Source: Candidatus Multivorans sp.
GTDB taxonomy: Bacteria; Acidobacteriota; Thermoanaerobaculia; Multivoradales; Multivoraceae
Direction of reading: 5' to 3'
Length of the DNA: 64,000 nucleotides
Assembly (NCBI GenBank): GCA_965247095.1
Contig: OZ251997.1
Span: forward strand, 2,080,001-2,144,000
Part shown: in pieces, positions 17,838 to 27,857 of the stretch
Numbering within the stretch: position 1 is the first letter of the stretch
Layout of the letters: every line of letters begins with the position of its first letter
The notes under the pieces: generated by a model
Database searches by the model: none
What the model was told of the DNA's origin: nothing
Seen by the model: only the letters and a program-made list of their open reading frames with translations
Program-made: the position numbers and the translations under genes

Positions 17838-20039
17838 CTAGCGCCGGCGGGCGCGGTACAGACCGATCAGCAGAACGACGATGGGCATCCACCCGATGAC
17901 GGCGAAGCGCACCATGGACTCCTCACGCTCCAGCGCCTCCCGGCGGCCCTTGCGGATGTCCCGCAGTTCCCGGTTGGCGTCCAGGATCCGTTCGTTCAAC
18001 TCGTCGACTTCTTCCTGCAGCTTCCTCTGGAAGAGAGCCGCGTTGCGCTGGGTGATCTCACCCTGCTTCTCCCGTAGCTCCTCCTGGAAGCTCTCGATCT
18101 CCTCGCGGATCTGCCGCTCCCGGTCCAGCGTGTCCAGCTCGGCCTGGGCCTCGATCTCGTCGAAGCGAAGGAAGGGCCGGCTGATGCCGCTCTTGGCCCG
18201 AACCGACATCAGGTCCTGGGAACCGAGCAGATAGTCGATGCTGTTGAGGACCACCTTGTGGTTGTCGTTCGCGGCCTGGACGATCCCGAACGGGTTCTGC
18301 AGGAAGGCGATCTGGTCGTGGATGAAGTCGACGTCCGCGAACACGACGACCGCCGCCTCTCCACGCTCCTCCTCCGGCAGGGGATCGCGGTGGATGATCT
18401 GCGCGTCGTCCGGCGGCGGGATCTCGATCTCGGGAGGCAGGTTGGGCGGCCGCTCCGCCTCCTTGTCCGGATAGTCGACGCCGTCCGGGAAGGCGGTCGG
18501 CAGCCTGCCGCGCACGACGTACGCGAGCGCCAGCGCCTCTTCTCCCGGCGCGAACGTGTCGCGGAGCTTGGCGCCGTCGTTCAGGTCGGTGTAGGCGAGG
18601 CCATCGCCGCCGCCGAAGCCGGGCAGCACCTCGAGCGTGTTGCCGGAGGCCGTGGTCGAGATCAGGGGCCGCAGTTCGACGCCCACAGGCTGCCCGGCAT
18701 CGTCCGGGCCGCTCTCGCCGCCCTCGCCCGGCTCGGCCTCGGCGCCCTCCGCACCGCCCGCTTCGGCGCTGCCTAGCTCCCGCAGCACACCGGAGAGGAA
18801 GAACCGGGTGTTCGACAGACCCCGCAGCATCGGACTTTCCGCGTCCAGCAGGTCCTCATGCACCGTGGAGTCGACGTTGAGATCGATGATCACCGACTCC
18901 GAGGCGCCGAACTGGCTCATCGGCCGCCGCGCCGCCAGCTCGAAGTCGGCCGCGAACTGGTTGGCCGGGAGTTCCAGGCCCCAGGCCTCGAGCAACGGCG
19001 CCAGGTTGGAGGCCGGCTGGTACTGGAGCGCCATCCAGGGCTGCCGCGGGTTCTGCGGCGGCGTATCGCCCAGAGCGTAGGGATCGAGGAAGATCAGCGC
19101 ATTGCCGCCCGCGGCCACCCACTGGTCGATCGCGAATACCGTCTTGTCGGGCAGCGCTTTGGGGTGGATCACGACCAGCAGGTCGTAGTCGTCACTTGAG
19201 ATCTCGTCCACGTCGGCGGCGACTTGGGAGACGTCGTATAGCTCTTCCAGCACCTGGACCAGGATCCACTTCTGCGCCGGTGTCCGGCCCTGGGCGGCCA
19301 GCATCTGGGCCATCATCGGATCCTGGGCGCCGCCGAAGACCTCCAGGCTCGAGAGAACCCCCACCCGCTGCCGCGCCGGCCACAGCAGACCGTGAATCTT
19401 CTTCGAGATCTCGTACTCGATGTTCTCCTGCTCCTGCGGCCACAGGAACTCGATCGTCTCCTTGCTGCCGGTCTGGGTCTCCAACGCCAGGCCGAAGTAG
19501 AAGAGATCGCCGTTCTGGTTGATCAGCTTGCCGTCCAGACCGTCCTCGGCGGCACGGTCCGCGTCATCGCTGTCGGGAAGCGGGTCGATCGTCTCGACCC
19601 GGATCTTCCCAGCCGCGGCGCGCTCGTACTCGCCCAAAAGGCTGCGCAGGTAGCGCTCGTAGCCGATGAAGTCCTTGACGAACTTGGGCAGCGTCTTGCC
19701 CGCGGTTTCGGAGAAGTAGAGGCGAATGTCCAGCGGCTTGACGCCCTCCTCCTGCATGCGATCGAGGATGGCGTGGGTGCCGTCGGTCAGCGAGTAGAGA
19801 TCGCCGCCGGTGAGGTCGACGCGCCAGCTCTCCAGCCACTCGTTGGCGACGTGGATCGAAAGCACGGTCAACAGACCGATGAGGACCAGCGTCACCGTCC
19901 GGCCCTGCGCCACGGTCATCCCGCGCGGGCCGCGGCCGCCGTCCGGACCGTTTTCCAAGGACGCCGCTCCCGGCGTCCCGTTCGCAGGGGACGCCGCTTG
20001 CGGCGTCCCGCCCTTGACAACGTTCGGTTCGGAAGTCAT
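17838..20039 (-). CDS. GldG-family ABC auxiliary component
   Basis: N-terminal TM; RVDLTGGDLYSLTDGT, IEYEISK, LLVVIHPK, VFADVDF; C-terminal coiled coil and TM. Confidence 0.85.
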   Translation of the reverse strand: MTSEPNVVKGGTPQAASPANGTPGAASLENGPDGGRGPRGMTVAQGRTVTLVLIGLLTVLSIHVANEWLESWRVDLTGGDLYSLTDGTHAILDRMQEEGVKPLDIRLYFSETAGKTLPKFVKDFIGYERYLRSLLGEYERAAAGKIRVETIDPLPDSDDADRAAEDGLDGKLINQNGDLFYFGLALETQTGSKETIEFLWPQEQENIEYEISKKIHGLLWPARQRVGVLSSLEVFGGAQDPMMAQMLAAQGRTPAQKWILVQVLEELYDVSQVAADVDEISSDDYDLLVVIHPKALPDKTVFAIDQWVAAGGNALIFLDPYALGDTPPQNPRQPWMALQYQPASNLAPLLEAWGLELPANQFAADFELAARRPMSQFGASESVIIDLNVDSTVHEDLLDAESPMLRGLSNTRFFLSGVLRELGSAEAGGAEGAEAEPGEGGESGPDDAGQPVGVELRPLISTTASGNTLEVLPGFGGGDGLAYTDLNDGAKLRDTFAPGEEALALAYVVRGRLPTAFPDGVDYPDKEAERPPNLPPEIEIPPPDDAQIIHRDPLPEEERGEAAVVVFADVDFIHDQIAFLQNPFGIVQAANDNHKVVLNSIDYLLGSQDLMSVRAKSGISRPFLRFDEIEAQAELDTLDRERQIREEIESFQEELREKQGEITQRNAALFQRKLQEEVDELNERILDANRELRDIRKGRREALEREESMVRFAVIGWMPIVVLLIGLYRARRR
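19959..20010. repeat. Two tandem palindromic units (30-nt period) inside the 5' end of the GldG-like gene
   Basis: GGACGCCG-CTCC-CGGCGTCC-CG (19959-19980) and GGACGCCG-CTTG-CGGCGTCC-CG (19989-20010); they encode GTPQAAS and GTPGAAS. Confidence 0.7.
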
Positions 20040-20089
20040 CTGTCAAATCCCTCAGTTAGTCCTCGCACCCTCAAGAAACCCTCGCGCCC

Positions 20090-20902
20090 TCAATTCGTCT
20101 TGGTCCGGCTGAGCACCAACATGCCGCAGATCAGCCAGCCGACGGTGAACAGCACGAAGAACAACAACGAGTTCAACTGCAGGAGGCCCCGGGTCAGGGT
20201 CTCGAAGTGGTCTAGCAGGCTGAGCGAAGAAACGACCCGCTCGACGTAGCCGCCGAACCACTTGCCCACGAACTCCTGGGTCTGCGGCACGCCGATCAGC
20301 AGGAAGCCGACCGAAGCGGCAACCGCGAGGATGAACGCGACGACCTGGTTCTTCGACAGCGCCGAGAACAGGAGGCCGATCGCGAGCAGCACCGCCGCCG
20401 CCAGCAGGGAGGCGACGTAGCCCAGGAAGACCGCACCCCAGTCCGGATCGCCCAGCCGGGCAACCTGGAACACCGCCGGCCAGGTCAGGAGCACGGACAC
20501 CGCCAGAAAGGCCCAGCCGGCCAGGAACTTGCCGAGGTACGACCCCTCGAGCGTGATCGGCAGGGTCAGCAGCAGTTCGACGGTCCCGGACCGCCGTTCC
20601 TCCGCCCACAGCCGCATCGCCACCGCCGGCACCAGGACGACCAAGATCCAGGGCACGTAGCTGAAGAGCGCGTCGAGGTTCGCCTCGCGCATCTCCAGAA
20701 AGCGGCCGAAGTCGCGCGACACCATCAGGTAGCCGCCCGCGATCAGGAAGATGACGATGAAGATGTAGCCCAGCGGCGACGAGAAATAACCGCGGAACTC
20801 CCGCCGCAGCACCGCTCTCATCCCGACAAAGCGCAGCGCCAGGGCGCCGCTCGAACTGCCCGCGGCAACCGAGGCCCGCGGCGTGCTCTGGCCTGCGCTC
20901 AT
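20090..20902 (-). CDS. ABC-2 type permease (GldF-like)
   Basis: RREFRGYFSSPLGY, AMRLWAEERRSGTVELLLTLP, GKFLA; about 6 TMs. Confidence 0.9.
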   Translation of the reverse strand: MSAGQSTPRASVAAGSSSGALALRFVGMRAVLRREFRGYFSSPLGYIFIVIFLIAGGYLMVSRDFGRFLEMREANLDALFSYVPWILVVLVPAVAMRLWAEERRSGTVELLLTLPITLEGSYLGKFLAGWAFLAVSVLLTWPAVFQVARLGDPDWGAVFLGYVASLLAAAVLLAIGLLFSALSKNQVVAFILAVAASVGFLLIGVPQTQEFVGKWFGGYVERVVSSLSLLDHFETLTRGLLQLNSLLFFVLFTVGWLICGMLVLSRTKTN

Positions 20903-21885
20903 GCCGCCACCCCCCTCGTCACTTCGCGGAACAGTTCGTCGAGCCGCCCCTCCCGCACGCGAACGTCCGCGATCCGGCGCTCACCGACCGTCTCCAGCAC
21001 ATCGTTCAGCCGATTCTCGCCATTGTATGGCTCGACTTCGACCTCGCCGTTCGGCAGCACACGGGCCGCGGCGCACCACGCGGCGGCGGACAACGCCGCC
21101 ACGACCTCGGCGGCGTCGCCGCCTGTGACCCGGAAGCGGACCGCGTTATGGCCGGGCGCCCGAGTCACCAGGTCGTCGGGTGTCGAGTCCACGAGGATGC
21201 GCCCCTCGGACAGGATCACGGCGCGGTTGCACACCCGCTCCGCCTCATCGAGGATGTGGGTCGACAGCACGATGCAGCGGTCGGAAGACAGGCTCAGGAT
21301 CAGGTCCTGGACCACCGCCTTCTGGTTCGGGTCCAGACCGTCGGTGGGCTCGTCGAGGATCAGCACATTGGGATCGTGGATCAGAGCCTGCGCCAGACCG
21401 ACCCGTCGCTTGAAGCCCTTGGACAGGGTCTCGATCGTCTGGCCGCGCACCCGGCGCAGGTGCGTCACCTCGATCACCGAGTCGATCGCGGCCTCCGGCG
21501 CCTCGAGTTCTCGCACCTCGGCAATGAAACCGAGGAAGGCTTCGACGGTCATCTCGCCGTAGGCGGGTGCGTTCTCGGGCAGGTAGCCGATCCGTCGACT
21601 CACGGCGAGCCGATCCTGGGCGACGTCGAGGCCTGCGACCGAAACGGTTCCGGCGTCCGGCTCCAGGAAACCGGTGATCATCTTCATCGCCGTCGTCTTG
21701 CCGGCGCCGTTCGGCCCGAGAAAGCCGAGCACGTCGCCGCGGCGCACCTCGAAGCTGATGCCGTCGACGGCGCGGATCGAACCGTAGTGCTTGGTCAGGT
21801 TGTGGACCGCGATCAGGACTTCGCCATCGGCCCTGCCGGAGTCGGGGTGGTCGGTTTCGGTCATTCTCGACTTCTCCGTGAACAT
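20899..21885 (-). CDS. ABC transporter ATP-binding protein (GldA-like)
   Basis: Walker A GPNGAGKTT, signature LSKGFKRR, Walker B ILDEPTDGLD; start uncertain (21885 or 21864). Confidence 0.92.
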   Translation of the reverse strand: MFTEKSRMTETDHPDSGRADGEVLIAVHNLTKHYGSIRAVDGISFEVRRGDVLGFLGPNGAGKTTAMKMITGFLEPDAGTVSVAGLDVAQDRLAVSRRIGYLPENAPAYGEMTVEAFLGFIAEVRELEAPEAAIDSVIEVTHLRRVRGQTIETLSKGFKRRVGLAQALIHDPNVLILDEPTDGLDPNQKAVVQDLILSLSSDRCIVLSTHILDEAERVCNRAVILSEGRILVDSTPDDLVTRAPGHNAVRFRVTGGDAAEVVAALSAAAWCAAARVLPNGEVEVEPYNGENRLNDVLETVGERRIADVRVREGRLDELFREVTRGVAA

Positions 21886-22010
21886 TTCTACGCGCCAAGC
21901 CAGCTTGGCTCGCCGGATCTCAACACAGCGGCGCCAGAAAACGCAAGATCCCGGCCAAGCCCGCACGCCGGCCGCCGTCGGAACACTCCGCGGCTCGCCC
22001 TTGCTCCGAG

Positions 22011-23441
22011 CTACTCGCCGCCCTCCGCGACCGGCGCGATGTCATCCGCTACTCGCTCGCGTCCCCCGGCGCCCTCGATGCAGTAGAGCCTGGTCTCCGT
22101 CCTCAGCAACAGGCATCCGCCGCCGATCGCGGGCGAGGCGTTGCCCATGCCGTCCTCCAGCCTGTTCTCGGCCAGAAGCTCGAACTCCGCCCCCGCCGCG
22201 ACGACACTGACGCCCTGCTGCCCAGCCGCGTAGATCCGACCCTCGCCGGCGACTAGGGATGAGCGGTACGGACCTTGCGGCAGCCGCCGCCTCCAGAGGA
22301 GTTCACCGGTGAGGGCCCTGTAGCAACTCATCACGCCGAAGTCCGTCATCGTGTACAGGAGCTCGTCCACCAAGAGCGGCGAGCCCGTCTCGGGCACCGC
22401 CTGAGCGTTCCCCCAGAGAAGACTTGGCTCGGACCCCGGCTCACCGGCGACGAAGCTGAACGCCTGGGTCGCCTTGACCGCATGAGCGCCGCCCGACACC
22501 ACGAGCACATCGTTCTCGAACACCGGGCTCGACGCGAGCTGGTTGATCTCGTAGTCCCGAGACCACAGGAGGGCGCCGGTTTCGACATCGTACGCCCGCA
22601 CGAACCACGAGTAGGCGACGATCAGCCGCTCGCCCCGGCGGCCCTTGACGACGAGCGGCGTCGTGTACGTACAGCAAGGGCCTTCCTCTCCGTTCCACTC
22701 GACCTTCCATCTCAGCGCGCCGGTCTCGCGCTCGAAGGCAGCGAGCCAACCGGCGTCCGTCGTCCTCGTGTGGCCCCATTCCCGGTCCTGCAGCACGACG
22801 ACCACGTCCGATGCGAGCACCGGCGAACTCGCCGCCCCGTAACGGGCGTTGGCGGCATACAGGGAATCCACCTCAACCAGCCAATCGACCTCTCCGCTGT
22901 GAAACAGCCGCGCAAGGTGGGAACCGAAGTACACGTACACTCCGCTGCCGTCCGCGGCGGGCGTGGCGGCGGCGTGGGTGTTCAGCCTGTGCTTCGTTTC
23001 GGCCACCGTCGTCGCCACCGGCGTCTCCCACTTCACCGCGCCGCTGACCACATCGATGGCGAGCAGCCAGCGGGAGAACACCCTGCCCGCGGCCTCCGGA
23101 ACGTCTCTCTCGCGACGCGCTTCCGTCAAGTACGCCGTATCGAGCGCCACGATCGGCGACGAGTTCCCCCTGCCTTCGAGCGGCAGCGACCAGCGAACGT
23201 TCTCGCTCTCCGCCGACCACTCGACAGGAAGCGCCGTCGCAGCCGACACGCCAGCCCCACCGGGCCCGCGCCATTCCGGCCAGTCCAGCACCGGCGCCTG
23301 CGCGCAGCCGAGCGCAAGACAAGACACAACAATCCCGACCCGTCTACGGGAGTCGGCTGCCGCGAACCCGCTGCTGCGCGGCACGCTTTGCGCCCGCCAG
23401 CGATCACTGGCTGCGCGCAGGTCGTCCTTCACGCCACGCAC
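22011..23441 (-). CDS. PQQ-binding-like (BamB-type) beta-propeller lipoprotein
   Basis: LALGC lipobox-like motif; DWPEWRGPGG, GNSSPIV, ASSPV and ASPAI repeats; true start probably downstream of 23441. Confidence 0.8.
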   Translation of the reverse strand: MRGVKDDLRAASDRWRAQSVPRSSGFAAADSRRRVGIVVSCLALGCAQAPVLDWPEWRGPGGAGVSAATALPVEWSAESENVRWSLPLEGRGNSSPIVALDTAYLTEARRERDVPEAAGRVFSRWLLAIDVVSGAVKWETPVATTVAETKHRLNTHAAATPAADGSGVYVYFGSHLARLFHSGEVDWLVEVDSLYAANARYGAASSPVLASDVVVVLQDREWGHTRTTDAGWLAAFERETGALRWKVEWNGEEGPCCTYTTPLVVKGRRGERLIVAYSWFVRAYDVETGALLWSRDYEINQLASSPVFENDVLVVSGGAHAVKATQAFSFVAGEPGSEPSLLWGNAQAVPETGSPLLVDELLYTMTDFGVMSCYRALTGELLWRRRLPQGPYRSSLVAGEGRIYAAGQQGVSVVAAGAEFELLAENRLEDGMGNASPAIGGGCLLLRTETRLYCIEGAGGRERVADDIAPVAEGGE

Positions 23442-23548
23442 TACTGTCCATCCCTCAAGATGCAGTACTCGCGAACAGGAATCTCGGGCAGCGGTGTCAA
23501 ACTCAACTCGAACGCTATCCGCCAGGCATGCTGCACTCCGACGTGCCG

Positions 23549-26200
23549 CTACCAGGTCTCTGGCGCGGAGGTCGCGTCGATCAGGCCGCCTAGGAAGATC
23601 GCGTTCAGGAACAGGCGGTTCGAGCCGTAGAAGTAGGCGCGGAAGTTCGGGTCGTCGAGGAACTGGATCACCACGCCGCGGCCCATCCGGCTGGCGATGA
23701 CGGCCGGCTTGCCGGCAAGCCGGCGCTCGTTCTCGGGCGAAATCCAGCCGCTCAGGCGCGGCGGATCCTGGTACAGGGCAACGTTCTCGAAGGGATCGGG
23801 GCTCGGGGGCAGCACCATCTCGCCGGTGCGGATTGTGGCGAGGTCCGGCCGGCTGTAGCCGTAGGCCAGCGGATGGGTCAGATCGAGCTCGACGCCGACG
23901 ATCGTGCCGGCCATGAGCTGCTCCGCCCGCTGGTCGCGGTAGTCGGCGTAGCGTCGGCGCTCCGACGCCTCGGAAGTGTCCACGTCCTCTGCGTCGGCCA
24001 CCTCGTCCTCAGTAGTCCCTTCCCGGCCCAGGAGTTCGTCGCTGGCCCAGCGGCTCGCCGGACCGATGGCCACCACCGCGCCGCCGCCCCGTACCCAGGC
24101 CTGGAGGCAATCCCGAACTTCCGCCGGCGGCGCGCCGCCGCCGAAGCGGCCGCCGCCGAGAGCCAACACGACGTGCGTGTACCGGTCCAGGTCCACGCCG
24201 CCCAGCGCGGCGAGATCGACCAACGACGCCTCGACGCCGAAGCGCTCGTCGAGCAGATGCCAGGCCTCGCCTACCCGGTACGACGAGGCGCCGGAACCGG
24301 TCACGAGCAGCGGCCGCGGGGCGGCAAGCGGCCGCAGGCTCGGGCTGCCCAGGTCGACCCCGGCCGCTGCCTGACCACTGATCAACCGGTGGACATCGAC
24401 GCCGTCGGCGGCCGCCGCCTCGGCGAGCAGTCCCTCCAGGTCCACCCCGGCGTTGGCGCCTGGCTCGCCCGCCCGGCCGACCGGCACGACGATCGCTCCC
24501 GGTTCAAAGGATTGCGTACCGCCGGCCGTCTCGGCCACGAACGGCCGCACGGCGGCGCGCGTCCGGGCGCCGGCCCGCTGTAGCCGGTTGAGGGCGCGCG
24601 GCGCAAAGTAACCGTCCCACGAGAAGGCGTAGGCGTACACCACGTCGTTCGGCCCAGCATCGCCGAACCGGCCCGGCTCAACCGAGGCATCCGTCACCGG
24701 CGCTCCGAGCATGTCCTGCCGGTAGGCGCCGCCTTCGAGCAGGTCGTACTCGGCGCCGAAGGCGAGCGGCAGCGTCCAGGCCGAGACGTCGTAGAAGACC
24801 GAGTCATTGAACTCGGTCACCTTCTCGAAGAACGACCGGACGAGGGTCGTCTGCGGCTGCTCGAGCGGCACCAGCCAGGACCCGCCGGAGGGATAGGCGC
24901 GACCGTCGAGCGCGATGTCATCCACCGTCCCGTAGACCTCGATCTCGTGACGCAGCAGAAGGTCCAGCATGCGATGGGCCCGCCCGCGGTCGCCGTCGAC
25001 ATGGAACACGTAGGCGGCCGGACCGGACTCCTCCGCTGAGGCCAGAGCGCCGCGGAAGAAGTCGCGCTGGTGCTCCAACAGCTCGAGGCGCTTCGCCACG
25101 CCGCCCTCGACCATGGACATGGAGGCCAGCAGGTGGTTCTTGATCCCGAAACCGAAGGCGAGTTCTCCGTTCGCCGTCTCGATCCGGTGGCCCTCGGCGC
25201 TCGCCTGCTCAAACAGGAAGCCGACCGCGCCGTGAGCGTCCGGGTAGGTCGAACCCTTGCCCAGGTAGAAGTCGTCGAAGCCCTCGCGGCTGTAGTACAG
25301 CCGGCCCATTCCGTCGAACACGGCGGCATGGTGAGCGGCGATCGCCTCTGTCAGCTCCACGTTGCGTTCGGGAATCAGGGGATTCCGCCGACTGGGGACG
25401 CCCGGCTGGAAGAAGAACGTGCTGTTTGCGCCCATCTCGTGGAAGTCGCCCACCAGGTTCGGCTGCCAGGCCTTCCAGGTCGCCATCCGGGCCTGCGACT
25501 CGGGGTGCTGCAGCAGCAGCCAGTCCCGGTTCAGGTCGAACCAGTAGTGGTTCGTGCGTCCGCCCGGCCACGGCTCGCGGTGCTCCCTGTGCCCCGGGTC
25601 GGCATTCACCACCTTGCCCCGATTCGTGTTGGCCCAGTGCGCGAAGCGGCCCAGCCCGTCGGGGTTCAGGCTCGGGTCGATCAGCACCACCGCCCGCTCC
25701 AACTGCTCGGCCACCACTGGCGACAGCGACGCCGCGAGGTGATACGCGACCAGCATCGAGGCGTTCGACCCGCTCGGTTCGTTGCCGTGAATGCTGTAAC
25801 CGAGCCAGATGACGACCGGCAGGCCGTCCAGCTCCGGCGCCGGCAACCGGGGGTCGACCAGACCGCGCCGGTGTTCGCGGATCTCGTCGAGCCGAGCGTG
25901 GTTGCGCGGCGCGGTGATCGCCAGCAGGAGCTGGGGACGCTGTTCGTGAGTCCGCCCCTGCACCGACACCGACACCCGCGCCGACGAGGCCGCCAGCTCC
26001 CGCATGTATGCATTCAACTGATCGGGGCGGACGTGCCAGTCGCCGACCTCGTAACCGAGCACCGTGGACGGTCGTGGGACGTCCGGATCGTAGGCGGCCG
26101 GATCGGCCGCGTCCGGCAGGTAGTACGACAGCTCCTCGGCCGCCGCTGGGCCGCAGAGCAGCAGGAAAACAAGGGGCAATCTGGCGAACCTGGCGAGCAT
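23549..26200 (-). CDS. M14 family zinc carboxypeptidase
   Basis: Signal peptide; SIHGNEPSG, NPDG, DLNRDW, DFHEMG; C-terminal class-I GATase-like domain. Confidence 0.9.
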   Translation of the reverse strand: MLARFARLPLVFLLLCGPAAAEELSYYLPDAADPAAYDPDVPRPSTVLGYEVGDWHVRPDQLNAYMRELAASSARVSVSVQGRTHEQRPQLLLAITAPRNHARLDEIREHRRGLVDPRLPAPELDGLPVVIWLGYSIHGNEPSGSNASMLVAYHLAASLSPVVAEQLERAVVLIDPSLNPDGLGRFAHWANTNRGKVVNADPGHREHREPWPGGRTNHYWFDLNRDWLLLQHPESQARMATWKAWQPNLVGDFHEMGANSTFFFQPGVPSRRNPLIPERNVELTEAIAAHHAAVFDGMGRLYYSREGFDDFYLGKGSTYPDAHGAVGFLFEQASAEGHRIETANGELAFGFGIKNHLLASMSMVEGGVAKRLELLEHQRDFFRGALASAEESGPAAYVFHVDGDRGRAHRMLDLLLRHEIEVYGTVDDIALDGRAYPSGGSWLVPLEQPQTTLVRSFFEKVTEFNDSVFYDVSAWTLPLAFGAEYDLLEGGAYRQDMLGAPVTDASVEPGRFGDAGPNDVVYAYAFSWDGYFAPRALNRLQRAGARTRAAVRPFVAETAGGTQSFEPGAIVVPVGRAGEPGANAGVDLEGLLAEAAAADGVDVHRLISGQAAAGVDLGSPSLRPLAAPRPLLVTGSGASSYRVGEAWHLLDERFGVEASLVDLAALGGVDLDRYTHVVLALGGGRFGGGAPPAEVRDCLQAWVRGGGAVVAIGPASRWASDELLGREGTTEDEVADAEDVDTSEASERRRYADYRDQRAEQLMAGTIVGVELDLTHPLAYGYSRPDLATIRTGEMVLPPSPDPFENVALYQDPPRLSGWISPENERRLAGKPAVIASRMGRGVVIQFLDDPNFRAYFYGSNRLFLNAIFLGGLIDATSAPETW

Positions 26201-26227
26201 GGCGGGAGTGTAGCCCCGAGCCCGGCG

Positions 26228-27706
26228 CTACGAGTCTCTGACCGCGGCGTGCACGTCCTCGAACTCCTCCGCCGCCCCTTCGGGAGGCTTCGTCCACAGA
26301 CTGACGATCACGGTCGCGCCCAGGCCGGCGAGCAGGCCCGGGATCAGTTCGTACAGGTCGTAGTACGACGTCTTGAAGAGCAGCACCCAGGCCACCGTCA
26401 CCGTGAAGCCCGTGAACATCCCGGCCACGGCGCCCGGCAACGTCGTGCGCTTCCAGAACAACGAACAGAGGACCACCGGTACGAAGGCGCCGCCCAGGCC
26501 GGACCAGGCGAAGAGGATGAACCAGAACAGCACCCGGGGCTCCGCCAGAGCGAACGGCAGGGCGATCAACCCGACCAGGACCGTGACGTAGCGGCCGTAG
26601 CGCGTCAGGCGCGCGTCTCCGCCGGTCGCGCCCAGGATCTTCTGCGCGAAATCCCGCACCACGGAGGAAGAGGCGAGGATCAGCAGCGAATCGACCGTCG
26701 ACATGATCGCGCCGAGCACGATGACCAGGAAGATGCCGGTGAAGACGGCCGGGAACAGCTCGGTGCTCATCATCGGCATGACGGTCTCCTGGTCGTCGAG
26801 CATCGGGAACAGAGCCCGCCCGGCGATCCCCGTGAACACCGCGCCGAGGTCGAACAGCACCATGCACACGACCGCGATCGGTCCACCCTTCACCAACTCA
26901 CGGCCCGAGGCGGCGGACATGAAGCGGGTCAGGAGCTGAGGCGCGCCCAGGAAGGCCAGCCCGATACCGGCGAAGCTCGCGGCCGAGAGCACGCCCGGCC
27001 AGGTCGCCCCGTGGCTGCCCATCGCTCGCAGGAGCGCCGGATCCGCCGCCTCGAGTGTGCCGATCACTTCGCCCCAGCCGCCGGCGGCGGCAAAGCCGAC
27101 GATCGGCAGCAGGACCAGTCCGCCGACCATGAGCAGCCCCTGCACCACGTCCGAGTAGGCAACCGCCTTGAAGCCGCCGACGGCGGTGTAGAACACCGTC
27201 ACGACCACCCCCAGCCACACGCCGGCGCCATAGCTGAAGCCAAGGAACGACGAGAACGCCTTGCCCGTCGCGACCAGTTGGGCGCAGCAGTAGACCGTGA
27301 CCATGGACAGGGTGATCGCTATCGAAAGCACCCTGAGGAGGTGATAGCGATCCCGGAACCGCTGCTCCAGGTAGTCGGGAACGGTGATCGCCCGGTAGCG
27401 GTCGGTGTATTCCTTGAACGGGCGCGCGACGAAGGTCCACGCAATCGCCACGCCCATCACCTCGCCGAACACGACCCACAGCGCGTGGAAGCCGACCGCG
27501 TAGCCCATCCCGGTGAGGCCGAGCAGCAACCAGCCGCTCTCGCCCGTGGCGTTCGAACTGAACGCGATCACCCAGGACGGCAGCTTCCTGCCGGCAATGT
27601 AGTAACCCTCGAGGGTCGCCCCCTCGCGCCGGCTCCACAGGCCGAGCCCGAGCAGCACGAGCATGTACAGAGCGAGCGGAATCAGGACCAGGTAGCTCAC
27701 GCTCAT
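26228..27706 (-). CDS. putP: Sodium/proline symporter (SSS family)
   Basis: Start MSVSYL at 27706; GYYIAGRKL, SGWLLLGL, YTAVGGFKAVAYSDVVQG, GAPQLLTRFM, AIMSTVDS, FAWSGLG. Confidence 0.85.
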   Translation of the reverse strand: MSVSYLVLIPLALYMLVLLGLGLWSRREGATLEGYYIAGRKLPSWVIAFSSNATGESGWLLLGLTGMGYAVGFHALWVVFGEVMGVAIAWTFVARPFKEYTDRYRAITVPDYLEQRFRDRYHLLRVLSIAITLSMVTVYCCAQLVATGKAFSSFLGFSYGAGVWLGVVVTVFYTAVGGFKAVAYSDVVQGLLMVGGLVLLPIVGFAAAGGWGEVIGTLEAADPALLRAMGSHGATWPGVLSAASFAGIGLAFLGAPQLLTRFMSAASGRELVKGGPIAVVCMVLFDLGAVFTGIAGRALFPMLDDQETVMPMMSTELFPAVFTGIFLVIVLGAIMSTVDSLLILASSSVVRDFAQKILGATGGDARLTRYGRYVTVLVGLIALPFALAEPRVLFWFILFAWSGLGGAFVPVVLCSLFWKRTTLPGAVAGMFTGFTVTVAWVLLFKTSYYDLYELIPGLLAGLGATVIVSLWTKPPEGAAEEFEDVHAAVRDS

Positions 27707-27849
27707 GCGGTGCCGCTCCCTGCCGATCCATCCTCGCCACGGCGCCCGCGCCGCGCCTCCGCCCAGCGCCGCAGCAAGTGGAGCGCCGGCCCGGCGCAGA
27801 CCGAGACCACGAGCAGAACCCAGGTCGAGATCGGCAGACCGCGCAACAT
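27703..27849 (-). CDS. Small single-TM protein (48 aa) coupled to putP
   Basis: Manual translation MLRGLPISTWVLLVVSVCAGPALHLLRRWAEARRGRRGEDGSAGSGTA; its TGA overlaps the putP ATG (ATGA). Below the ORF-track size cutoff. Confidence 0.65.
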   Translation of the reverse strand: MLRGLPISTWVLLVVSVCAGPALHLLRRWAEARRGRRGEDGSAGSGTA

Positions 27850-27857
27850 GGACCGGC

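Noticed and set aside
20061-20093. Short direct repeat CCTCGCACCCTCAA / CCTCGCGCCCTCAA
   Set aside because: Only two 14-nt copies in a small intergenic gap, with no supporting context.
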